Shown here one piece after another: positions 55,941 through 64,000 of a DNA stretch of 64,000 nt. Position numbers and translations under genes: made by a program. This DNA comes from a virus, in the IMG/VR virus record IMGVR_UViG_3300046780_000733; one strand, 5' to 3'. Positions within the stretch are counted from its first letter, which is position 1. Each line of letters opens with the position of its first letter. The notes under the pieces were generated by a model, which was not told where the DNA came from, did no database searches, and was given only the letters and a program-made list of their open reading frames with translations.

Positions 55941-55974
55941 GAACCCGCAAGGAACCACCCTTGCATCCATTGTA

Positions 55975-56877
55975 TTACATTCGCTCAGTGTCAAAGAGCA
56001 GCCTACGGTATTGATCCTCCCCTAGAAGTTTCTTGAGCCGGGCCGCCTGGTCTTGGGACTCGCGGAAAGACTTTTCTGCTTTCCGGGAGTCCTGATCGTA
56101 GCCGAGCTCGGCGCACCAATCCTCGAATACTCCGGTATTCTCCACCGTGGCGGCGTCGCTCGCCAGGCAGTCGAGAACCTCTTCCAGTGTGGGCGGGATC
56201 GGGCGGCCGTTCTTGACGTGGCCTAGGCCTTTGGAGTAGTGGAGCGGAAACGGCGCGCCGGCTCCAGAGATCTTGACCTTATAGTGATTCATCTCCCGAT
56301 CAGTCATGCTCGGGTTGGAGTCAACGGCTTTCCAAGTCATGGTCAACCGGTTCTCTTCGATGAACCGCTCCATAGGGCTGGTCTCATCATCGACGGGTTC
56401 GGGTTCGATCTTTGCTGGCTTGACCTTGGAGTTTCCCCAGTAAGCATGCTCGAATTCACTGGCGGTCGGAGCGTACTCGGGGTAAAACCGGCGGATATGG
56501 TGTACTCCCGCGTTGCTTTCATCGTCGAATGAGTCTAGGTCTCCTGGGTTCGTGCGGAGCGACTTCAGGTTAGACGCGTTCCAACATTCCGGCTCCGGAC
56601 CGTCGCCCTTGTAAATGCCTTTGTAGTAGCCAAGGACCCGGTAAATCCAGTCTTTGACCTCTGGGGAGTCAAGGGCAGGGGGGCGCCAGTCGTCCAATAG
56701 CTGCTTTGCCTTGGCTCGCGTCGTCTCGTCAACGTACTCGGAGTCAACGGCCGCGGATAGGCTCGTGCATCCGCATTCACCGCGGACACTGTAGTAGTGT
56801 TCGGGATGCGTGGGAGGGTTCAGGAATCCGCCCATTTCACTCCGTACGATCCGTGAATTCCGGGTTTCAGTCTTCAT
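55975..56877 (-). CDS. Two-domain early-region protein
   Basis: Conserved leader; C-terminal YS.GLGH..PPT..VL.CL.SDA..FEDWC.ELGYD.DSRKA. Confidence 0.65.
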   Translation of the reverse strand: MKTETRNSRIVRSEMGGFLNPPTHPEHYYSVRGECGCTSLSAAVDSEYVDETTRAKAKQLLDDWRPPALDSPEVKDWIYRVLGYYKGIYKGDGPEPECWNASNLKSLRTNPGDLDSFDDESNAGVHHIRRFYPEYAPTASEFEHAYWGNSKVKPAKIEPEPVDDETSPMERFIEENRLTMTWKAVDSNPSMTDREMNHYKVKISGAGAPFPLHYSKGLGHVKNGRPIPPTLEEVLDCLASDAATVENTGVFEDWCAELGYDQDSRKAEKSFRESQDQAARLKKLLGEDQYRRLLFDTERM

Positions 56878-56920
56878 TGCGTTGGTTCCTTGTTCTGGGG
56901 TTCGTTGGGGTTCACTGAAG

Positions 56921-57208
56921 TTACCACTGAGGAAAGCGTTCATCGTCGTTTCGGCAGTCGCCACCGAATTCGGGCCGATGGTAGTTGCCACAACATCCAC
57001 ACTCTACGAATTCCCCATTGTCAATTCCGGATTGCATGAGGCTTTCCATGGTTTCCACTAGATCGGTTTCTGTGAAACCGAGCCGACCGAGTATTTCGGT
57101 TTTGGTTCGAGAGTGTTGCTTGTCCCGATGCAGCAGACTGAGAATCTGAACCGCTTGAATGCGGCGGGATTTCGTTTTGGGGCTGGGGTGTTCGTTCCAG
57201 TATTTCAT
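56921..57208 (-). CDS. Early-region protein with a CGCCG.YH..DCR motif
   Basis: Conserved leader and upstream promoter. Confidence 0.55.
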   Translation of the reverse strand: MKYWNEHPSPKTKSRRIQAVQILSLLHRDKQHSRTKTEILGRLGFTETDLVETMESLMQSGIDNGEFVECGCCGNYHRPEFGGDCRNDDERFPQW

Positions 57209-57256
57209 TGGTTCCTATTTGGTTTTGGGTTCTCGGGTTCGTGGTCAACAGGTTCT

Positions 57257-57284
57257 AGTTTAACCTGAGTTGGAATAGTGTCAA
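57257..57284 (-). promoter_or_regulatory. Sigma70-type promoter
   Basis: TTGACA-N16-TAAACT. Confidence 0.65.
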
Positions 57285-57472
57285 GGGGATGGAGGTCAGA
57301 TCGTGTACGTTTCAACCTCGATTGACTCGTATTCTTCGTGCGCGTTGGCGTCGCATTGGCACGCGAATGTTTCTAGCATACTGAGGAGCCGGCAACGCTC
57401 GGCTGACGTGGGCCGGCTCAAGTGAGCCAATGTCATGATTTCAAGTAACATGGGGGTCATGGTGGTGACTCG

Positions 57473-57670
57473 TTAGCGTGATGGTGGTTGATCAAGGGCC
57501 GCATTGATCACGGCGTCAATCTCCGCGCGGTTCTCGCGTACAAACTGACGCATGGGAAGCCGGCTTGATCGCTTGCATTTGTATAAACCCTCGTGATTGT
57601 CTACCCATTGGGCTCGGTCGGAGTCGTTGAGGGTCCGGCGTCGTGGCTTGATCGTGTACGGTGCGTGCAT
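57473..57670 (-). CDS. Early-region hypothetical protein
   Basis: Conserved leader; QWVDN.EGLY..FVRENR.EID. Confidence 0.6.
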   Translation of the reverse strand: MHAPYTIKPRRRTLNDSDRAQWVDNHEGLYKCKRSSRLPMRQFVRENRAEIDAVINAALDQPPSR

Positions 57671-57977
57671 GTCTTTGGTTCCTTGTGTTGGGGTTCTCGT
57701 TGCTCTCAACAGTATCCATGTTACCCTGAATCAGAATTCTGTCAACAGGCTGCCGGTTCCAATTCCATGGTTTCCAGGGATTCGGCAGCGTCATCGCGGT
57801 TGGTCCATGTTCGGATCTTGCCGTGTTCATCTTCCGCGTACTGAGTTTTGCCGTTCTGGCGTCGGTACGCGAACCAAAGAATATGCTTGCGAGGCTCACG
57901 AACCTTGCAAGCCGCTAGTGTCCACGTGCTCATTGTGTTGACTCCTAGGTTAAGAGGGCAGGGGGGGAAGGTTCCAT

Positions 57978-58322
57978 TTACGCGCCAGCCGTGGCCAGTG
58001 ATTCCCGTTTCTTGGGTTTGTTGCCGATGCGCCAGAACCCGCGAATATCGCTCGGATGCTGGCCGTCGGATTCGAGCCAATGCCAGAAAGCATCTTGCCA
58101 TTCTAGCGGGAGTTCACTCCACTCGACGCGCCGGCACTTGTTCAAAAGGTATCCAGGGCTTGCACCCGTGGACGCCAACGAGGGACTAGATCCAGTCAAC
58201 GCGTTGCCTATCGCGCCATAGGTGCCGTTGCTCCGGCCGTCTATGATGTTGACAAGTAAGTAAGACTTGTCTTTTTTCTCCTGATACAACCGGCAAACCT
58301 CGTTCTTTCGTGGCCATCCCAT
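57978..58322 (-). CDS. Early-region hypothetical protein
   Basis: Conserved leader; YL..KCRRV..ELP..WQ. Confidence 0.55.
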   Translation of the reverse strand: MGWPRKNEVCRLYQEKKDKSYLLVNIIDGRSNGTYGAIGNALTGSSPSLASTGASPGYLLNKCRRVEWSELPLEWQDAFWHWLESDGQHPSDIRGFWRIGNKPKKRESLATAGA

Positions 58323-58356
58323 TGGTTCGGTTCCTTTCGTGGGTTCTGGTGGTGGT

Positions 58357-59088
58357 TTATCCGTCGCGCCGGCCAGTGATTTCAAACGTGTATTCGTTGG
58401 CGTCGGAGTCATCGGCCAATGTCTCATCCGAGGTCCGATACTCAAACTCGGCTTGCAAATCTTTGTAGATTGCGCGGCAGAGATCGAGAACGAGCTGGCA
58501 AGCGTCGGACTGGAAACCCTCGAATAGCTTGCGGAGTCGCGGAGTATCGGAGATCCACTTTTGGCCGATGCAATCCCCGTCGTCTTGCAACGATGAGGCG
58601 AACCGCACGCTTCGTTCATGACTGTAATGGGAATCGTTGCGCTCAACTGTTGCATCGATCTTGCCCGCGTCAGCAACCTTGCGTAGCTTGCTGTACTTGG
58701 GATTGAATCCCACGCCGTTGCAATCGTGGACGATCCGAGCGCGGAAGTCTTCTTTCTTGGTCTCTGCGTCATAGCCGACTGACTCCGACGCCTCAACCGG
58801 AGTCGAGAGAAACCCGATCAGCGTTTCGAGGTCAACGCAGGCCGTAAAGCTGGCTCCGTCGCCTTGACTCCAGAACCCGCGGAAACTGATCTTGGGTTCC
58901 TGGAATCCGATTTGCTCAAGGGCGGTTGTCCACCACTCGTAGACACTATCCCACCAATCGTAGGTTTGCAGTCCCTCAGTGAGCCACTGGCGGGCACGCT
59001 CAACGGCTTTCTTGTCTGCTTTCCCTTGCTTCTCAAGGTCAAGCAACTCCTGAAACGTGTAGACGGTTTTCGTGATCGTCTTAGCCAT
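58357..59088 (-). CDS. Conserved phage/plasmid protein (GFWSQGDGA motif)
   Basis: VYTF.EL..ERAR.W..DWWD.VYE..F.GFWSQGDGASF..NEYTF..G; often loosely annotated as antitoxin-like, function not established. Confidence 0.7.
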   Translation of the reverse strand: MAKTITKTVYTFQELLDLEKQGKADKKAVERARQWLTEGLQTYDWWDSVYEWWTTALEQIGFQEPKISFRGFWSQGDGASFTACVDLETLIGFLSTPVEASESVGYDAETKKEDFRARIVHDCNGVGFNPKYSKLRKVADAGKIDATVERNDSHYSHERSVRFASSLQDDGDCIGQKWISDTPRLRKLFEGFQSDACQLVLDLCRAIYKDLQAEFEYRTSDETLADDSDANEYTFEITGRRDG

Positions 59089-59141
59089 GGTTTTGGTTCC
59101 TTGTTCTTGGGGTTCTCGGGTTCGGTGGTTGCGAGGTTGGT

Positions 59142-59441
59142 TCAGTCGTCGGAGTGAGTAAAACAGGGAGCATTGAGGATTGATTCAGCCGGCGCGAAAT
59201 ACTGCCGGCAGTGGCCGCACTGCCATGAACCCAACCCACAACACACACCGATGCTAACGACTGCATCAAGCGCGGTCTCGTCTTCATCGGTGTCGCAGTA
59301 CGCATACGCGCTAAGTTTGCGGCACGCCGGGCAAATCTCGATTGAGCCGTCTAGCACAAGCGCGTAATCATCGGGACGGTTGGCGGCCAGCTCGGATAGA
59401 TCGTTCGCGAATTCATCCAGGTAATCGTCTGAGCGTTCCAT
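59142..59441 (-). CDS. Cys-rich early-region protein
   Basis: CPAC, CC, CGHC; conserved leader. Confidence 0.55.
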   Translation of the reverse strand: MERSDDYLDEFANDLSELAANRPDDYALVLDGSIEICPACRKLSAYAYCDTDEDETALDAVVSIGVCCGLGSWQCGHCRQYFAPAESILNAPCFTHSDD

Positions 59442-59486
59442 TGTGGTTCCCCTGTGTTCGTGGTTCGTGGTTCGGTGGTATCTGGT

Positions 59487-59741
59487 TCAACGGGCGAGCA
59501 TTTCGGCGAGGTCTTCTCGCTCGCACTGATCGACGTAGACGCGGGCCTTTTCGGTTGGTCCGCTCTTGTCTAGATACTCGTGTTTCCACAACGCCTTGAC
59601 CGTGTTAACCGAACGGGCAGGGACGGCGTCGAATCCGCCCAACACCCAAGCGCGAATCACAATGTGCTGAGGCTGAGAAAGTCGTTTCACGGTTCCGGCT
59701 CCCTGGGTTCGCTTGGCTGGGCTGGCGGTCTCGGTGGTCAT
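59487..59741 (-). CDS. Winged-helix-like early-region protein
   Basis: LS.PQ..TVKAL....YL...TEKAR; conserved leader. Confidence 0.55.
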   Translation of the reverse strand: MTTETASPAKRTQGAGTVKRLSQPQHIVIRAWVLGGFDAVPARSVNTVKALWKHEYLDKSGPTEKARVYVDQCEREDLAEMLAR

Positions 59742-59800
59742 TGTAGGTTCCTTTGGTTATCGGGTTCTCGGCTCAATGCCTCTTGGCTCTGACATCCACA

Positions 59801-59828
59801 ATATTATCAGGGTTCAGGGTGATGTCAA
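59801..59828 (-). promoter_or_regulatory. Sigma70-type promoter (leftward)
   Basis: TTGACA-N16-TAATAT. Confidence 0.65.
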
Positions 59829-59856
59829 CAAGATTCTGGAATTCTTTCCCGACTCA

Positions 59857-59884
59857 TTGACTCCGATCGCGTTACCCTTACTAT
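59857..59884 (+). promoter_or_regulatory. Sigma70-type promoter (rightward)
   Basis: TTGACT-N16-TACTAT. Confidence 0.5.
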
Positions 59885-59961
59885 AGATGGTGACTCGATA
59901 GGGCAGGGGGGCCGGTGTGCGCACGTTCAGACTAGCCCGCAAGTACAGCGTGCGCGCTGGG

Positions 59962-59989
59962 AACCTTCCGGAATTCGTTCCGGAAGGTT
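59962..59989. repeat. 28-bp palindrome, copy 4
   Basis: AACCTTCCGGAA-TTCG-TTCCGGAAGGTT. Confidence 0.95.
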
Positions 59990-60193
59990 AGGCGCCGTCC
60001 TAGCTGCACTTTCCAAGATCCGCTAGGCCACCTCTGCGCCCGAGGTCTAGGCCTGGAGAGCGGTACTTCTGGAGGGCTGCTGGGCTGCCAGTGCGCCCGA
60101 GGATTACCGAGGTTTGCTCGTGCTTTTGAGATGCCGCTGAAGAGGTAGTTTTTGAGGCCTTCAAGGGAATCTGGAATTTTTGCCGTTGTCCCA

Positions 60194-60222
60194 TTGACAG
60201 AATCCAGAACCGGAATTATCAT
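60194..60222 (+). promoter_or_regulatory. Sigma70-type promoter
   Basis: TTGACA-N17-TATCAT. Confidence 0.75.
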
Positions 60223-60320
60223 TGTACCAGTCAGCAACGACTGACGACGCGAGCCGCGGCGAACCAGCGGCAAACCCGCACGGCGGGACATCTGGTGGGT
60301 TGCCCACCTAGGAGACTAAG

Positions 60321-61340
60321 ATGAAGGTTGCATACAATCGGTCTAGCGAGTGGCTCAAGGCTGAACAGATCCGGCTCGGTCGGAATCTGAATCAGACAGA
60401 GAAAGCCGAAGTCGATCCCGCGAGCCTATCCGAGGCGACCAGGGCCGCGATCGTTGAGTCTCGATCTGGATACCAGTGCGCCTACCCGGACACGCTCGAC
60501 GGCATCGGCAGTAGCTCAGTCGGCAAGTTTTTCGATGACATGCATCCCGAGGACGTGACGCCAGAGACGATCGACCGAATGGTCGCTGAAGCGTTGGCCG
60601 CCATCGCTGCAAACAAGGAGCTGGACAGGGCCTCGCGGGAAGCCCGCGAGGAGGAAAAGCGGCAGAAGGAGCTGGAGAAGCAGGCCGAGCACAAGGAACA
60701 AAGCAAACTGATCGCGGCGTTCACCGCCGATCCAGCGGCGCGACCGGACGCCGTAGACTGTAGCCCACGCTACTGGATCAGGATCAACGGGTCCACGATC
60801 CGAAAGGAGCACCCCGAGTTCATCGCGCTTTGCGATGAGGTTGAACTTCGTCATAAAACCGACGACAAGGCCAAATCGGACGCCGAGATTGCCAAGAAAT
60901 TGCTCCTTCAGTCCCAAATCGCGGAGTGGGTCCAGGCGAACGGCACGGACTCACAGAGGGCTCGGTTCTCGGAGGGACTGTTACCCGATGCCGAGGTCAC
61001 GGACGCGATCAAGGCCGAACTCCTATCACCCGGAGAAGGGTTCGCGAAGTACGCCAAGATCACCGCTGGAGAAGTCAAACGCGAGTGCGGAGGTTGTGAT
61101 TGCGACGAGAACGATGTCGAATTCGAGGCCACCGATGCCTTCGCCGTGACCGACTATCAGTACCAGAGTCTACTCGCGATCAGGGCCGCGTTCCCGGGTG
61201 CCGAAGTCACCCCGCGTATCCATACGGGCACGTGGGATTGCGGCGACTCCGATTGCCCTCTTCACGAGGTCACCCGCTACTCAGCCCGTGTCCACGTCGC
61301 CCAGGGCGAGATTCACGCCGTCCAGGAATACGCGATCTAG
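60321..61340 (+). CDS. Hypothetical protein, 339 aa
   Basis: AGGAG RBS after a strong promoter; coiled coil and Cys-containing C-terminus. Confidence 0.7.
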   Translation: MKVAYNRSSEWLKAEQIRLGRNLNQTEKAEVDPASLSEATRAAIVESRSGYQCAYPDTLDGIGSSSVGKFFDDMHPEDVTPETIDRMVAEALAAIAANKELDRASREAREEEKRQKELEKQAEHKEQSKLIAAFTADPAARPDAVDCSPRYWIRINGSTIRKEHPEFIALCDEVELRHKTDDKAKSDAEIAKKLLLQSQIAEWVQANGTDSQRARFSEGLLPDAEVTDAIKAELLSPGEGFAKYAKITAGEVKRECGGCDCDENDVEFEATDAFAVTDYQYQSLLAIRAAFPGAEVTPRIHTGTWDCGDSDCPLHEVTRYSARVHVAQGEIHAVQEYAI

Positions 61341-61430
61341 CGCCCGAGGTGTCAGCACGCAGAGCTATACTTTCAGGCTGGGGCAATCGTGCCCCAGCCA
61401 TCACCCGAGAACCGAACCGGAGAACGAACG

Positions 61431-61799
61431 ATGAACGCGACTCCTTACACCAGACTACTCAATCAGATCACGGTGACCGAGGAAAATCTTGAAGAGGCCC
61501 GCGCGGCGTGTGTGGCGATCGACCAGGCCAGAGAGCTTGTTCCAGGCTCGAAGACATGGGGGATCATCTACGAGGGTGGCCAACGAGGCCAGATGAGCCG
61601 ATACCCGGATGACAGCGGAGCAATCTGTCTGGGCGGGCAGTCGATTTGGGGCTGGTGGATTGACTCCCATGATCCAACCGACCCATGCGTGGCCGACATG
61701 CTCCAAACCGATGACGGCCATTATTACGGTGAGCACGGGCAAGAGATGGATCAGAGCGGCTATCCGCTAACCGGCCCTTATTCGGTTAGCGGTCTTTGA
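61431..61799 (+). CDS. Hypothetical protein
   Basis: Conserved leader. Confidence 0.55.
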   Translation: MNATPYTRLLNQITVTEENLEEARAACVAIDQARELVPGSKTWGIIYEGGQRGQMSRYPDDSGAICLGGQSIWGWWIDSHDPTDPCVADMLQTDDGHYYGEHGQEMDQSGYPLTGPYSVSGL

Positions 61800-61805
61800 A
61801 AGGTC

Positions 61806-62000
61806 TTGGTGATGTCCAAGGGTTCCCATCCGCGTCTTGCCGTTATCAAGGAGAGGATTGACGCCTTGTTAAAAAATCGTGGGCCGATGAGCCCGAAGAT
61901 GATCGCGACCGCGATTGGAACGCCTGTTTCAACCGTCTACGCGGCGATTGTCGTACTCAAAAACGATGGCCGCGTTGTTCACAGGCCGCGTAACCGATAA
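61806..62000 (+). CDS. Winged-helix DNA-binding protein
   Basis: LL...GPMS...IA..IG...STVY..I..L...G.V. Confidence 0.6.
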   Translation: MVMSKGSHPRLAVIKERIDALLKNRGPMSPKMIATAIGTPVSTVYAAIVVLKNDGRVVHRPRNR

Positions 62001-62060
62001 GGCGTCTCGCTAACCCACCCCGGCCCTTACCCTTCACCGACACCCGAACCGGAGGAATCG

Positions 62061-62279
62061 ATGATTACCGTCAAAAACGCATGGCACAAGCACGGTTACT
62101 CTGGGAGCGATCATCTGCTGTCAGATTCGGAGCTTGAGGACGTGATCGGCCGCGAATTTCGGTCTGTGTCTGAGGCAAAGAAATCGGCAGCAAGGCTGTC
62201 TACCGGGACGTCGGGCTATGCCAACGTACCGATAGGCCTAGAAGTCAGATTCGCGGACGGCACAACCAAGACGTTTTGA
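62061..62279 (+). CDS. Hypothetical protein
   Basis: GGAGG leader nearly identical to that of 49038. Confidence 0.6.
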   Translation: MITVKNAWHKHGYSGSDHLLSDSELEDVIGREFRSVSEAKKSAARLSTGTSGYANVPIGLEVRFADGTTKTF

Positions 62280-62321
62280 CGACCCGCCCCTCGCCGCCCT
62301 GGCTCACAGGACGGCCTGGGA

Positions 62322-62585
62322 TTGGCCGTTACGAATATGACACTCGAACATGCAGAGGAGCACAAGATGAGTTTATGGCATTGCCACGATCGATGCAGCG
62401 GCGAACGATTCGAGGTAAATGGCAGCACCGAATCCGAAATCGAGAAAGGTGTCGAGGAATACATCTGGTTAGGCATCGACGCCGACGCCGGCACTGTCGA
62501 TTACGACGTGATTGCCACCGCGATTGATGGTTCCGAGTACAGTTTCAGCGGTTCGGTCCAGCCCGGGGAGGAGCCCGCTGGTTGA
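62322..62585 (+). CDS. Acidic hypothetical protein
   Basis: D/E-rich ORF; start uncertain. Confidence 0.45.
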   Translation: MAVTNMTLEHAEEHKMSLWHCHDRCSGERFEVNGSTESEIEKGVEEYIWLGIDADAGTVDYDVIATAIDGSEYSFSGSVQPGEEPAG

Positions 62586-62714
62586 ATCACAAGACCACAA
62601 CCACGCCACTCACCCGAAAGGAAGTTAGATGAACGCGAAATGCACTCACCCCGAGACAGACCGAACCGGAAATCCACTACGGCGATGCAGCCCAGAAAGG
62701 AGACGTGCGACGTC

Positions 62715-63170
62715 ATGCTTTACGTGGTGAGCGGTCTTCCGGGGAGCGGCAAGAGCACTTGGATAAAGAGTTTCCAGGATGTTGATGTTCGATTGCAGCA
62801 ATCAGACCTGACGCGGAGTCTCAGTGACGCCATCGATATTGTTTCCTGCCACGTCGCCAAGGGCGAAACCGTCGCGCTCGAATCGTGGGGCTGGGATTTC
62901 CCCGATCAGGAATACCCAGTTAACCGCGTGTACTTCGCCAATCAGCCCTCGCGATGCCTGGCCAACGTGATATGGGACGGGATTCACCGTCGTTACTGGT
63001 TTTCTGGAATCAGGCTAGAGGCTTTGATCCAGCATCACGATCACTACCGTCCACCCATGGGCAGCTTGCCTGTGTTTCGTCGCCAGGTCACGGATCGCGA
63101 GGTGCAGGAGTTCATGAGCCTCTACCCGAATCCGCACGACAAGATAATTCGGCGACTGCTTGAGCCTTGA
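62715..63170 (+). CDS. P-loop kinase-like protein
   Basis: YVVSGLPGSGKSTW Walker A. Confidence 0.7.
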   Translation: MLYVVSGLPGSGKSTWIKSFQDVDVRLQQSDLTRSLSDAIDIVSCHVAKGETVALESWGWDFPDQEYPVNRVYFANQPSRCLANVIWDGIHRRYWFSGIRLEALIQHHDHYRPPMGSLPVFRRQVTDREVQEFMSLYPNPHDKIIRRLLEP

Positions 63171-63240
63171 TCGAGATCATAGGCCTGATCGCGCCCGAGA
63201 CATGCATTCGCAGGCGCATACTTTTAGAAGCCCTCCAGCT

Positions 63241-63792
63241 ATGCCTAAGCCAATCGACCTCGCAGGCCAGAGAATCCCAGGAACCAGGCTCACCGTGATC
63301 GGCCTGGCACCCAGGGAACTCTGGCCCAAGTGCAGGACAGGGAAGTCGTGGACCAAGCGGGCGTGGATCTGCCAGTGTGACTGCGGGAACGTGACCGGCC
63401 CGGTGATTACCACTCACCTGGTCGGAAAAAATTCCAATACAAAATCGTGCGGGTGTCTGCAACGAGACAAGATCCGCATGCAGGGAATCAAGAATACTCA
63501 GGCTACACTGCCCAAGGTTTGCAGGCATTGCCGAGCCACATTCCATGGAACATGCAAGCAGTTGTTTTGCTCTACGCGGTGCAAGCTGGATTTCGACCTC
63601 GCCCCGCGCGAGAAGTGGAATTGCGAGTATTGCGGCAAGCCGATCAAAGCACGCAAGGGCCAGCGGTACTGCTGCCCTAGATGCAAGTGGCTCGCGGTTT
63701 CCAAGCCGACCATGACGCCAGGCGCAGTCGTTTCCGCGTCACACCGACTACACGAGCGAACCAAAAAGGAACCCAATGAGCCAAACGAATAG
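63241..63792 (+). CDS. HNH-associated zinc-finger protein, no catalytic HNH seen
   Basis: IDL.GQR..RLTV..WICQCDCG..SCGC followed by two CxxC..CxxxC fingers. Confidence 0.6.
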   Translation: MPKPIDLAGQRIPGTRLTVIGLAPRELWPKCRTGKSWTKRAWICQCDCGNVTGPVITTHLVGKNSNTKSCGCLQRDKIRMQGIKNTQATLPKVCRHCRATFHGTCKQLFCSTRCKLDFDLAPREKWNCEYCGKPIKARKGQRYCCPRCKWLAVSKPTMTPGAVVSASHRLHERTKKEPNEPNE

Positions 63793-64000
63793 CCTGCCAG
63801 TGCCGAGAGATATCCCCTCGACCCTGGAAGAGGAGTACGCGGAACTAGGCCTGATGAACACGGATCGATTGCGCGAGGAGTTGACGCGGTCGCTCCACGT
63901 GTCAGCCGCACACCTGCGTCGGCTGGCCGTGATCGTGCGTCTCCTGGAGGAGCGCGGCGAGAACCTCGCCGACCTCCGGATCGGACTCCTGCCGTACCTG
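63776..64000 (+). CDS. Hypothetical protein, truncated by the window end
   Basis: AAGGA RBS; MSQTNSLPV...LLEERGENLADLRIGLLPYL open to the edge. Confidence 0.5.
   Translation, partial: MSQTNSLPVPRDIPSTLEEEYAELGLMNTDRLREELTRSLHVSAAHLRRLAVIVRLLEERGENLADLRIGLLPYL

Noticed and set aside
59995-60105. Sixth AATCTATC hairpin
   Set aside because: CTAG-rich and partly self-complementary but lacks the central motif.
60236-60300. c-di-GMP-I riboswitch or hammerhead (GGCAAACCCGC..GCGGGAC, CTGACGA)
   Set aside because: Lacks the GNRA loop, the GCAAA segment and the GAAA core.
27934-61340. Genome-wide TAG reassignment
   Set aside because: Conserved genes end at TAG at the expected place; only one internal TAG was noticed.
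1-64000. tRNA, rRNA, reverse transcriptase/DGR, large integrase
   Set aside because: No supporting motifs seen by eye; tRNAscan-SE and HMM searches would confirm.

Overview
Part of a GC-rich tailed dsDNA phage (Caudoviricetes) genome. A Planctomycetota host is inferred from protein style only. 1-35.6 kb (minus strand) is the late/morphogenesis arm: terminase small and large subunits, a two-gene moron, portal, about 11 kb of small accessory genes (Acb2/Tad1-like, DNA methyltransferase, CAP, S4, HEAT, many with signal peptides), MuF-like minor head protein, scaffold, decoration protein, major capsid, head-tail proteins, then a run of large fibre/glycan-active virion proteins. Two HNH genes are inserted antisense in this arm. 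35.7-47.3 kb (plus strand) holds a serine recombinase, ThyA, a macrodomain, ASCH-like, Lar-like and Tat-signal proteins, and an Sm-like gene next to an (S-R/W/M)n repeat peptide. 47.3-60.3 kb is an early-type region of short genes in two convergent blocks sharing an A/C-rich GAGAACCC..AGGAACC leader. It is bracketed by identical 28-bp 12-4-12 palindromes and interleaved with structured non-coding DNA: 9-bp periodic arrays, a 37-bp periodic purine-pyrimidine array and AATCTATC hairpins. A second palindrome, GTTTCCGNCGGAAAC, is dispersed at four sites. No tRNA, rRNA, CRISPR array, tape measure or endolysin was recognised. All family calls are motif recognition by eye, not database searches.
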